A DNA stretch of 64,000 nt. It comes from Glaciecola sp. GTDB lineage: Bacteria; Pseudomonadota; Gammaproteobacteria; Enterobacterales; Alteromonadaceae. The first letter of the stretch is position 1, and every line of letters starts with the position of its first letter. The DNA is taken from NCBI GenBank assembly GCA_965660625.1, contig CBFIAR010000002.1, positions 12,946-76,945 on the forward strand, read 5' to 3'. The notes under the pieces were generated by a model, which had not been told where the DNA came from, did not search any database, and saw nothing but the letters and a program-made list of their open reading frames with translations. The translations under genes and the position numbers were made by a program. Shown here piece after piece: positions 9,251 to 16,899 of the stretch.

Positions 9251-9681
9251 TTAAATATCGATGCTCTCTGATATCTCAAGTGCGTCATCTACTTCAATGC
9301 CCAGATATCGAACTGTACTTTCTAACTTCGAGTGCCCGAGGAGCAATTGACAAGCCCTAATGTTTTTAGTCTTTTTGTAGATCAAAGAAGGTTTGGTGCG
9401 CCGCATTGTATGAGTGCCATAGTGAGTCCCTTCTAATCCAATTGAATTTATCCACCCATCGACAATTCGGCTATATTGCCTAGTAGACAGATGCGGTGAA
9501 TTCTTGATACGAGATTTGAAAAGGTAATCGGAGTTATCTAGAGCATCTTTTTGAATCAATGCCTTTATTGCTGCTCGAGTCTGCTCAGTAATTTCAAACT
9601 GAACAGGCCTGCCAGTTTTTGACCAACGAGCTTTCCCTTATTCCAAGGCTCTTTTTTCTTGTAAACAGCAAGTGGGTACAT
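9251..9681 (-). pseudogene. Tyrosine recombinase (non-IntI, PWNKG-type N-terminus) inactivated by an internal deletion and frameshift
   Basis: GGAG RBS, then ATG 9681 encoding MYPLAVYKKKEPWNKGKLVGQK. At CAAAAA (9616-9621) the frame shifts into KTGRPVQFEITEQTR...HTMRRTK...LLLGHSKLESTVRYLGIE. HxxR, H and Y are present; the first catalytic Arg box is missing. Confidence 0.88.
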
Positions 9682-9748
9682 AAGTAGTCTCCAGAATTCA
9701 GATAAATAGCAGTCTTTCAGAATATGATTGCAATACAAATGCCATGTA

Positions 9749-9766
9749 TAATACTATTTAATACTA
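9749..9766 (+). promoter_or_regulatory. Probable antitoxin operator/promoter of the TA operon
   Basis: TAATACTA direct repeat with a 10-bp period (9749-9756, 9759-9766) overlapping TATAAT at 9747-9752. Confidence 0.5.
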
Positions 9767-9789
9767 CCAATAAAGCTGTGAGTTGAATT

Positions 9790-10041
9790 ATGAGCATGAT
9801 TAAAAAGAGCATCACTGTTACTGATAAACAAAATGAGTGGATGCAAAGTCAGCTAAAAAGCGGCGAATACGCGAGTGACAGCGAATTACTGAGAGACTTA
9901 ATACGCAAAGAGCAACGTCGAAACGAAGACATTAATGTCATCAGAGAGGCGCTAATTGTGGGTGAGCAAAGTGGCTATTCTACGAAATCTGCTGAACAAA
10001 TTTTGCAGGAGTTTAAAGAAAAGCGCCGCATAAATGTCTGA
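9790..10041 (+). CDS. parD: Type II antitoxin, ParD-like ribbon-helix-helix
   Basis: KKSITVTDKQNEWMQSQLKSGEYASDSELLRDLIR RHH pattern and an acidic C-terminus. Overlaps the toxin start by 8 bp. Confidence 0.9.
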   Translation: MSMIKKSITVTDKQNEWMQSQLKSGEYASDSELLRDLIRKEQRRNEDINVIREALIVGEQSGYSTKSAEQILQEFKEKRRINV

Positions 10042-10315
10042 CTATAGGCTAACTCTTGCCGCAGAAATTGACCTTGCTGACATTTTGGAATATGGCGAGG
10101 CACATTTTGGGACTATTGCGGCACTTGAGTTTTATGAAGGTCTACTGAGCGTATTCCCTAAAATCGTTAATAATCCTGCTCAATTTGCCCGAATTGATGA
10201 AGTGCGCAAAGGATATCGCAGAGCAATCTATCAAACGTATTCCATCTACTTTATCGAGCGCGAAAACTGTATAGAGATAACCCGTGTTATACGCAAGTAT
10301 CCAGTAAAACTATAA
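10034..10315 (+). CDS. parE: Type II toxin, RelE/ParE family (not the topoisomerase IV subunit)
   Basis: YRLTLAAEIDLADILEYG...NPAQFARIDEVRKGYRRAIYQTYSIYF...IEITRVI, downstream of the antitoxin. Confidence 0.88.
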   Translation: MSDYRLTLAAEIDLADILEYGEAHFGTIAALEFYEGLLSVFPKIVNNPAQFARIDEVRKGYRRAIYQTYSIYFIERENCIEITRVIRKYPVKL

Positions 10316-10331
10316 CTAGACTGGTATAAAA

Positions 10332-10361
10332 TGACAGACAGTGCACATCCAATTATTGTCA
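10332..10361. repeat. 30-bp palindromic site B (TGAC-N10-CATCCAA-N5-GTCA)
   Basis: TGACAGACAGTGCACATCCAATTATTGTCA, 16 bp after the toxin stop. The arms extend to AATGACA/TGTCATT. Confidence 0.7.
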
Positions 10362-10423
10362 TTCAGCCAGTCGTAAATTAGTACTCCGTTTGCGACACTA
10401 GTCTACAAAGAATTCAAGCAAGA

Positions 10424-10690
10424 ATGCATGTGCTGCCAACGCAACAAAGTGGGACATATAAACGCCGCCGACCAGAAACAACATTGCTATGTCAATTGGT
10501 TTAACGTTACTATCCAGACTTTACCGCAAACTTCGCCGACCAAGGCAAATATTTACGCAAGTATGTTGAACGTGAGTTTGAAGAGTTCTTGCGTTATGAT
10601 CGTCTAGAGCACGGCGTTTTAGGCGTGATATGTGGTGATTGCAAGTACAAAACATTCGTTGCTTTTAGCTGCAAACGGCTCGGATTTTAG
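10424..10690 (+). pseudogene. IS91/ISCR-family rolling-circle transposase, N-terminal zinc-binding relic
   Basis: Hand translation: MHVLPTQQSGTYKRRRPETTLLCQLV*RYYPDF...YVEREFEEFLRYDRLEHGVLGVICGDCKYKTFVAFSCKRLGF*. This parallels the ISCR2-type pattern YERHxPxxTLLYQLVE...EF..GRLE.GF..V.C..C....VAFSCKRRGF. In-frame TAA at 10502. Confidence 0.85.
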
Positions 10691-10965
10691 TTGAGGTCTG
10701 CCAATACCTAGTTTTGTAGCGCGCTGAGCAATACCCAAAGAGCAGGCTCGTGAGTAATGTAAATCATTCAACCCGCCATTTTTTGACCTAGCTAGTTAAT
10801 TGTCGTCTAATAAACAGCCTATTTAAAGCCTAGTTTCTAATTAATCTAGGAACGTGTAACGCTGGCGAGGATATCATACAACATTAACGTTTGCATGAAT
10901 TAACAGTGATGTAATAAAACTAAATTTAGTTATTAAATTAGGCTCAACACACGGACTGGGGTTAT

Positions 10966-11835
10966 TTAGCCTTTCATCACAACGGTACGATTACCCGTTA
11001 AAAAAACTCGGCGACTAACGTGCAGGCGAACCGCTTTAGCCAACACTACACGCTCTACGTCCTGACCCACACGGACCAAATCTTCTGGATAAAAAGTATG
11101 ATCTACATCTTGTATGCCTTGAGTAATGATCGGCCCTTCGTCTAGCTCATTATTGATATAATGCGCTGTTGAACCGACCATCTTTACTCCCTTTTCCCAT
11201 GCTTGATGATAAGGCTTAGCTCCCTTAAAGCCAGGCAATAGCGAGTGGTGAATGTTAATCGCCCAACCATCTAAGTATTCACACATTTCAGGAGACATTA
11301 CCTGCATGTAACGAGCAAGGACGACTAAGTCAATCTCATATTTTTCTAACAATTCACGAATTTGAGCCTCTTGTTGAGGCTTTGTTTCTTTACTTATGGG
11401 TAAATGGTAGTAGGGAATACCGTGCCAATCGGCTAACTCTTTTAAATCTGGGTGATTTGAGATAATCACTGAGATTTCAATGCCCAGCAACTGCCCCGTA
11501 CGGTGGCGATAGAGCAAATCGTTCAAACAGTGATCATATTTAGACACGAAAATTGCAGTCCGCTCTGGATGATCCGGTGCCTTCAGCGTCCAGTGCATGT
11601 CAAAACGGTCAGCCTCTGGCTGGAAATCCTCAGCAAATTTATTAGGGTTTAAACTTTCGGATTGAGAATGAAATGCAATTCGTATGAAAAATTGTGCGGT
11701 GGTCTTGTCGTCAAAAGACTGTATTTCGTCTACGTAAAGGCCATTCCCAGCCATAAAATTGGTACACACGTCCACTGTTCCAAGGACGCTTGGGCAACGT
11801 GCTGCAAGCACCCAACTGTTTTCACTTGTTTTCAT
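10966..11835 (-). CDS. purU: Formyltetrahydrofolate deformylase (sarcosine-oxidase-cluster type)
   Basis: ACT domain, then VSKYDHCLNDLL, SNHPDL, LARYMQV, INIHHSLLPGFKGAKPYHQA and EGPIITQ. Confidence 0.95.
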   Translation of the reverse strand: MKTSENSWVLAARCPSVLGTVDVCTNFMAGNGLYVDEIQSFDDKTTAQFFIRIAFHSQSESLNPNKFAEDFQPEADRFDMHWTLKAPDHPERTAIFVSKYDHCLNDLLYRHRTGQLLGIEISVIISNHPDLKELADWHGIPYYHLPISKETKPQQEAQIRELLEKYEIDLVVLARYMQVMSPEMCEYLDGWAINIHHSLLPGFKGAKPYHQAWEKGVKMVGSTAHYINNELDEGPIITQGIQDVDHTFYPEDLVRVGQDVERVVLAKAVRLHVSRRVFLTGNRTVVMKG

Positions 11836-11856
11836 TATTATTCCAATTTGATTATT

Positions 11857-12465
11857 CTAGGCCCGATATTCAGCACTAGCATCTATGAGCCAATTCCATA
11901 TGTAATCCGCAAAACTACGGCGCACAACCAAAAGGTAACTGCCATTACCTGTGCGAACAATTCCCGCAGCACTTTTGGCAAATACCGTGCCGACACATTT
12001 TCCGACTGGGAAAGCCTGTGGATCCACGTCGATAGGCGACGCTTTTTTCAAGACGTTGCGCGACTCAGGGCCACTTAGTTCAACTAGGGTTTGACCCGCG
12101 CTAATATCAACAATAGAATAGTGACCCGTTTGTGCTGCCCGATATCGAGATTCGAAATCGGTGGCAACCGACCAAGGCATGATTACCAGCCAATCGTCGG
12201 GTGCGGTCCAATTTACACGAACCTCACCGTAAAGCGCGGATGTCAATGGCTTGGTGGGCAAAGGACCACCATTTAGATCGGAAGCTATCTGCATTTGTTC
12301 CGCGTTCTCTGGATTCAAGCGCAGGTTAAATTGCCCACATAATGGCAACTCTCGCAAGGTTAATTGATCAGAGCTAAGGTAAGTATTGGTATGGCGAGCT
12401 TTTATCGGTGTCACGCCTTCGATATCTGTAGCATGCTGTTTAATTACTGAAAAGTACTCAGACAT
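11857..12465 (-). CDS. soxG: Sarcosine oxidase subunit gamma
   Basis: LRELPLCGQFNLR...WTAPDDWLV...VDISAGQTLVELSGPESRNVLKK...VRRSFADYIWNWL. Lies between the soxA tail and purU. Confidence 0.9.
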   Translation of the reverse strand: MSEYFSVIKQHATDIEGVTPIKARHTNTYLSSDQLTLRELPLCGQFNLRLNPENAEQMQIASDLNGGPLPTKPLTSALYGEVRVNWTAPDDWLVIMPWSVATDFESRYRAAQTGHYSIVDISAGQTLVELSGPESRNVLKKASPIDVDPQAFPVGKCVGTVFAKSAAGIVRTGNGSYLLVVRRSFADYIWNWLIDASAEYRA

Positions 12466-12841
12466 TTTGACGATCTCCTTTTGAATCGAAGAACACGGGG
12501 CTGGTGATTTCTGCTTCGACCACCCGCCCGTCGGCTAAGGGGAAATAGACCTTTTCGCCTTTCTTGTTCAGACCACCCTTAATGACCGCCATCGCAATGG
12601 ATCGCTCCAAATTGGGGCTGAAGTAACTTGATGTAACATGACCAACCATGGGCATTGGTTTCGCGGCATTAGGATCTAAAACCGCTTGTGCACCTTCTTC
12701 AAGTACTTCTTTTGGATCTGTGGTCAACAAACCGACCAACTGCTTGCGATCTTCACGCAGGCAATCCTTACGCTGCATACCGCGCTTGCCAATGAACGGG
12801 AAGGGCTTGTTCATGCCCACTGCCCAGCCCATATGTGACAA
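12458..12841 (-). pseudogene. soxA: C-terminal fragment of sarcosine oxidase subunit alpha
   Basis: FIGKRG...RKQLVGL...GHVTSSYFSPNLERSIAMAVIKGG...PVFFDSKGDRQNV matches the last about 125 aa of a roughly 1000-aa SoxA. An in-frame stop lies immediately upstream. Confidence 0.88.
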
Positions 12842-13041
12842 TTAACGCTAGGTCAGAATCTCTTTTACCAACAAAGCGCAATTGATTAGTTGAACTAAGG
12901 TCAAATGTAGAGAGTATTCAGGCTTAGGTTAGAACGTATTCAGCATCCAATTTATTGATATGGGTCATTTCATTTACTCGTTTTTCTGCAATTATTATTT
13001 TTGATATTTAATGATTCTAAAGCATGGGCCAAGGTAGATAA

Positions 13042-15780
13042 ATGATTGATAAGACGTTCCATTCGACTACTTCCAAATTATCTCATCCTATTTGGCATAG
13101 CATTTCTGCAGATGCGTGCCTTAAGCATCTGAATACATCAGTCAATGGCTTAGACCAACCAGAGGCCGAGGCGCGGCTTTCAACTTACGGAGCGAACTGC
13201 CTGCCAAAAGCAGCAAGACGAAGTGCTTTTAAGCGCTTGCTTATGCAATTTCATAATATTTTGATTTACGTGTTGCTGGCTTCAGCGGCAATCACTGCGT
13301 TTATTCAACATTGGGTTGATTCAGCAGTGATATTGGCGGTTGTTCTTGCGAATGCGATAATTGGCTTTATTCAGGAGGGGAAAGCCGAACAAGCCATGGA
13401 CGCTATTCGCCATATGCTAGCGCCGCAGGCCAGAGTCATTCGTGACGGAAAGCAACTAGCAATTGATGGTGAAAAATTGGTTCCTGGGGACATTGTGTTG
13501 CTGGAGGCCGGAGATAAGGTGCCCGCTGATTTGCGATTGTTCAGTGCGCATAGCGCGGCGGCGCAAGAAGCTATTTTAACAGGAGAGTCCTTGTCTGTAG
13601 ATAAGCAAACCCTGCCGGTTGCTGAGGGGCTGCCACTCGGTGACCGTTCTTGCATCGCTTTTTGCGGCACTCTAATCACCAGTGGCCAATGCAAAGGAGT
13701 AGTAATTGCAACTGGCTCAGAGACTGAAATCGGTCGTATCAGCGGGCTGCTGTCTGAAGTCGAAATACTAACGACGCCTTTAGTTACGCAAATGGGTGTA
13801 TTCGCTAAATGGCTGACCGTTTTGATTCTCATCATCGCTTTTCTGCTGCTTACCTTCGGCTATTTTGTAGAGCATCGCGACTTTGCAGAAATGTTCATGG
13901 CTGTCGTCGGACTATCAGTGGCCGCTATCCCCGAAGGTTTACCTGCAGTTTTAACGATAACATTGGCAATTGGGGTTCAGGCAATGGCGAAGCGCAACGC
14001 TATTGTGCGACGTTTACCTGCTATTGAAACGCTTGGGGCAGTATCGGTCATTTGTAGCGATAAGACGGGCACACTGACACGCAACGAAATGATGGTGGCT
14101 TCAGTCCTTACTCATCGCCACCTATTTAACTTGGAAGGCTGTGGGTACGAGCCAAAAGGTGCACTGAAAATAGATGATATGGCTGTTTCCCCAACTGAAC
14201 ATTTGGTGCTGGAAGAACTCGCCCGTGCCGCGATTCTTTGCAATGATGGCGCGCTTCGGCAGCATGAAAACACGTGGTTAGCAGACGGTGACCCAATGGA
14301 AGGAGCGTTGCTAGCTTTTAGCGGGAAAATGGACGCCGACATTTCCTACGAACAATCCACATGGACACGAACCGATGCGATCCCATTTGATGCTCGAAAT
14401 CGTTTTATGGCTACACTAAATCACGATCATGAAAGACATGCTTGGGTATTCGTGAAAGGGGCACCAGAAAAGATTTTGAGCATGTGCTGCGATCAGCGCA
14501 CAACAGATGGAAAAACAGAAGATCTAGATACGGTGTATTGGAATGATGAGCTTGAATCCATTGCTGCCCTCGGTCAGCGAGTGCTTGCTTTTGCGGTCAA
14601 GTCAGCACCTTCAAACAACACGGTGCTGGAGCATGCAGATATAGAAAACAAACTCACTTTGTTAGGCATGGTAGGAATGATTGATCCCCCTCGAGACGAG
14701 GCTGTTAGCGCAATTGCTGAATGTGGTACTGCTGGGATCCGTGTAAAGATGATTACCGGTGACCATACTAAAACCGCATCGGCAATTGGCAAGCAGATTG
14801 GGCTAAAAAATGCTGAAACCGTAATGACCGGCTCAGATCTCGATTGCCTAGATGATGCAGCTCTGCGCCAGGCAGTAATAGATTGCGATATCTTTGCGCG
14901 TACAAGTCCTGAACAAAAATTGCGTTTGGTAATGGCATTACAATCTCATGGCTTTACGGTCGCTATGACGGGTGATGGTGTTAACGATGCTCCCGCACTC
15001 AAAAGAGCTGACGCAGGTATTGCGATGGGACAAAAAGGCAGTGAAGCCGCAAAAGAGGCTGCAGAACTCGTGTTAGCTGATGATAACTTCGCATCTATTG
15101 TAGCTGCAGTGCGGGAAGGGCGCACTGTTTATGACAATATTAAAAAGGTCATTAGTTGGACATTACCAACGAATGCGGGGGAAGCAATGACTATCATTGT
15201 GGCATTGCTTTTGGGCATGACACTGCCGATCACTGCTATTCAGATCCTTTGGGTTAACTTAATTACGGCTATCACGCTTGGCGTAGCACTGGCGTTTGAG
15301 CCAACTGAAGAAAACACTATGCTCAGGCCACCGCGCTCTCGCGATGAGCCTCTGCTGACTAATGATTTAGTATGGCATATTGTGTTGGTATCTTGTTTAT
15401 TTCTGTGTGGTGTATTCGGTACTTTCCAGTACGCCATCGATCAAAATTATTCCGTTGAACTCGCTCGCACTATTGCCCTCAATACGCTCGTAGTAATGGA
15501 AATTTTTCATCTTTTTTTCATTCGTAACATTTACGGTACATCACTCACTTGGAAAGCAGTGCGCGGCACAAAAGTGGTCTGGATGGTAGTAATTGCAGTT
15601 ACAGGTGCGCAATTTGCCATTACTTATCTCCCAACCCTACAATCAGTATTTGCTACCGAAGCGATTCCATTTTGGGACGGTGTTCTCATCTTAGGCATCG
15701 GTGTTGCGCTTTTTGCTATTATTGAAGTTGAAAAACAACTTCGCCTCGCACTCCAGCGCACCAAAAGGGATAGCCAATAA
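13042..15780 (+). CDS. Cation-transporting P-type ATPase (type IIA-like, CtpF/PMA1-like)
   Basis: TGES, PEGL, DKTGT phosphorylation site, KGAPE, TGD and GDGVND motifs; about 10 TM segments. Confidence 0.95.
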   Translation: MIDKTFHSTTSKLSHPIWHSISADACLKHLNTSVNGLDQPEAEARLSTYGANCLPKAARRSAFKRLLMQFHNILIYVLLASAAITAFIQHWVDSAVILAVVLANAIIGFIQEGKAEQAMDAIRHMLAPQARVIRDGKQLAIDGEKLVPGDIVLLEAGDKVPADLRLFSAHSAAAQEAILTGESLSVDKQTLPVAEGLPLGDRSCIAFCGTLITSGQCKGVVIATGSETEIGRISGLLSEVEILTTPLVTQMGVFAKWLTVLILIIAFLLLTFGYFVEHRDFAEMFMAVVGLSVAAIPEGLPAVLTITLAIGVQAMAKRNAIVRRLPAIETLGAVSVICSDKTGTLTRNEMMVASVLTHRHLFNLEGCGYEPKGALKIDDMAVSPTEHLVLEELARAAILCNDGALRQHENTWLADGDPMEGALLAFSGKMDADISYEQSTWTRTDAIPFDARNRFMATLNHDHERHAWVFVKGAPEKILSMCCDQRTTDGKTEDLDTVYWNDELESIAALGQRVLAFAVKSAPSNNTVLEHADIENKLTLLGMVGMIDPPRDEAVSAIAECGTAGIRVKMITGDHTKTASAIGKQIGLKNAETVMTGSDLDCLDDAALRQAVIDCDIFARTSPEQKLRLVMALQSHGFTVAMTGDGVNDAPALKRADAGIAMGQKGSEAAKEAAELVLADDNFASIVAAVREGRTVYDNIKKVISWTLPTNAGEAMTIIVALLLGMTLPITAIQILWVNLITAITLGVALAFEPTEENTMLRPPRSRDEPLLTNDLVWHIVLVSCLFLCGVFGTFQYAIDQNYSVELARTIALNTLVVMEIFHLFFIRNIYGTSLTWKAVRGTKVVWMVVIAVTGAQFAITYLPTLQSVFATEAIPFWDGVLILGIGVALFAIIEVEKQLRLALQRTKRDSQ

Positions 15781-15809
15781 CATCTGTTCAAAATTAAGAA
15801 CGGAATTTC

Positions 15810-16574
15810 TTATATCGACAGTTGCACGCTAACAGGGCAGTGATCCGAACCATGAATATCATTATGGATTTCAGCATCGTGGATCTGTTCCTTTAACTTT
15901 GGCGATACCAAAAAATAGTCAATTCTCCATCCTACGTTTCGTTCCCGAGCACCTGCTCGATAACTCCACCAACTGTACTTTACCTTTTCAGGGTGGACAT
16001 GACGAAAAGCGTCCACGTAACCCGCGGCAACAAGGTTGTCGATACCGTCTATTTCCTGTTGTGTATAGCCAGCGCTTTTATTGTAATTTGGCTTTGGTCG
16101 AGCCAAGTCAATGTCGCGATGCGCTGCATTCAAGTCGCCGCAAATCACAACCGGCTTTTTCTCTTCAAGCTTTTTTATGTAACTCAGGAAGTCGGCATCC
16201 CATTGCGCCCGATAGGACAAACGCTTCAAGTCATTGCCTGAGTTTGGAGTGTAAACGGTGACTAAATAAAGATCGCTAAATTCTGCACATAACACGCGGC
16301 CCTCTTGATCATGCTCTTCGATGCCCATGTCTTTTGTGACGTCAATGGGTTGGATTCGAGTAATGATACTCGTGCCCGAATAGCCTTTTTTTACTGCTGA
16401 GTTAGTGAATATATGATAGCCATTTAGTTCACATAGAGCTTCAATTACTTGCTCGTCTTGCGCCTTGGTTTCTTGTAGGCAGAGCACATCGCAGTCAAGG
16501 GACGCCAAAGACTGTAAAAAATCTTTTTTGATTGCCGCCCGAACGCCATTAACGTTCCAAGATACTAATTTCAT
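15810..16574 (-). CDS. xth: Exodeoxyribonuclease III / AP endonuclease (ExoA-type)
   Basis: MKLVSWNVNGVRA, LQETK, YTPNS, GDLNAAH, WRIDYF, SDHCP. GGAG RBS supports ATG 16574. Confidence 0.93.
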   Translation of the reverse strand: MKLVSWNVNGVRAAIKKDFLQSLASLDCDVLCLQETKAQDEQVIEALCELNGYHIFTNSAVKKGYSGTSIITRIQPIDVTKDMGIEEHDQEGRVLCAEFSDLYLVTVYTPNSGNDLKRLSYRAQWDADFLSYIKKLEEKKPVVICGDLNAAHRDIDLARPKPNYNKSAGYTQQEIDGIDNLVAAGYVDAFRHVHPEKVKYSWWSYRAGARERNVGWRIDYFLVSPKLKEQIHDAEIHNDIHGSDHCPVSVQLSI

Positions 16575-16862
16575 CGAGTTCTCCAAACTTACTGCTTCAT
16601 TATTATGGGGTGCATATTGTATAGATTAGCCAGTCAATGCCAAGGTTAGCACGTGATTAAAGAAGGATTTATATCATTAATTTGTTAAATACACCGCAAC
16701 CCAAGGTTAATAGTCGACATGGGAACTTAAATAAGTCGATTCGATTTGCAAGTTGCTAAGCGTTTACTGTCAAGTAGCAAACTGCGTAGAGGGGTCTCAT
16801 TAAAAATTCCGTTTCGCACTCAATCCAATTCAGCGTTACACTGTATATAAATCATCTGTTCA

Positions 16863-16890
16863 TAAAACTAAAACTAAAACTAAAATAAAA
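16863..16890 (+). repeat. Short tandem repeat (TAAAAC)3 TAAAA TAAAA in the ggt leader
   Basis: Read directly; it ends 9 bp before the ggt ATG. Confidence 0.8.
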
Positions 16891-16899
16891 GAGTACAGC

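Larger units (their letters stand above)
6715..16586. mobile_element. Patchwork genomic island downstream of the amtB terminator (right boundary uncertain: 15780-16590)
   Basis: Cluster of pseudogenes, recombinase and transposase relics, a TA pair and unrelated cargo genes between core-like amtB and ggt. No flanking att duplication was found. Confidence 0.7.

Noticed and set aside
9015-9254. 79-aa plus-strand ORF
   Set aside because: No RBS or recognisable motif; it merely reads through the run of palindromic sites.
6967-10361. Canonical integron (intI plus attC)
   Set aside because: No RYYYAAC...GTTRRRY-bounded hairpins of attC length were found by eye, and the recombinase motifs are not those of IntI. 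An IntegronFinder run would settle this.
11662-12078. 138-aa ORF antisense to purU/soxG
   Set aside because: Shadow ORF opposite well-supported genes.
12890-12968. FNR-type boxes upstream of the P-type ATPase
   Set aside because: TTGAACTAAGGTCAA has the wrong spacing and TTGATATGGGTCAT has two mismatches in one half; too weak.
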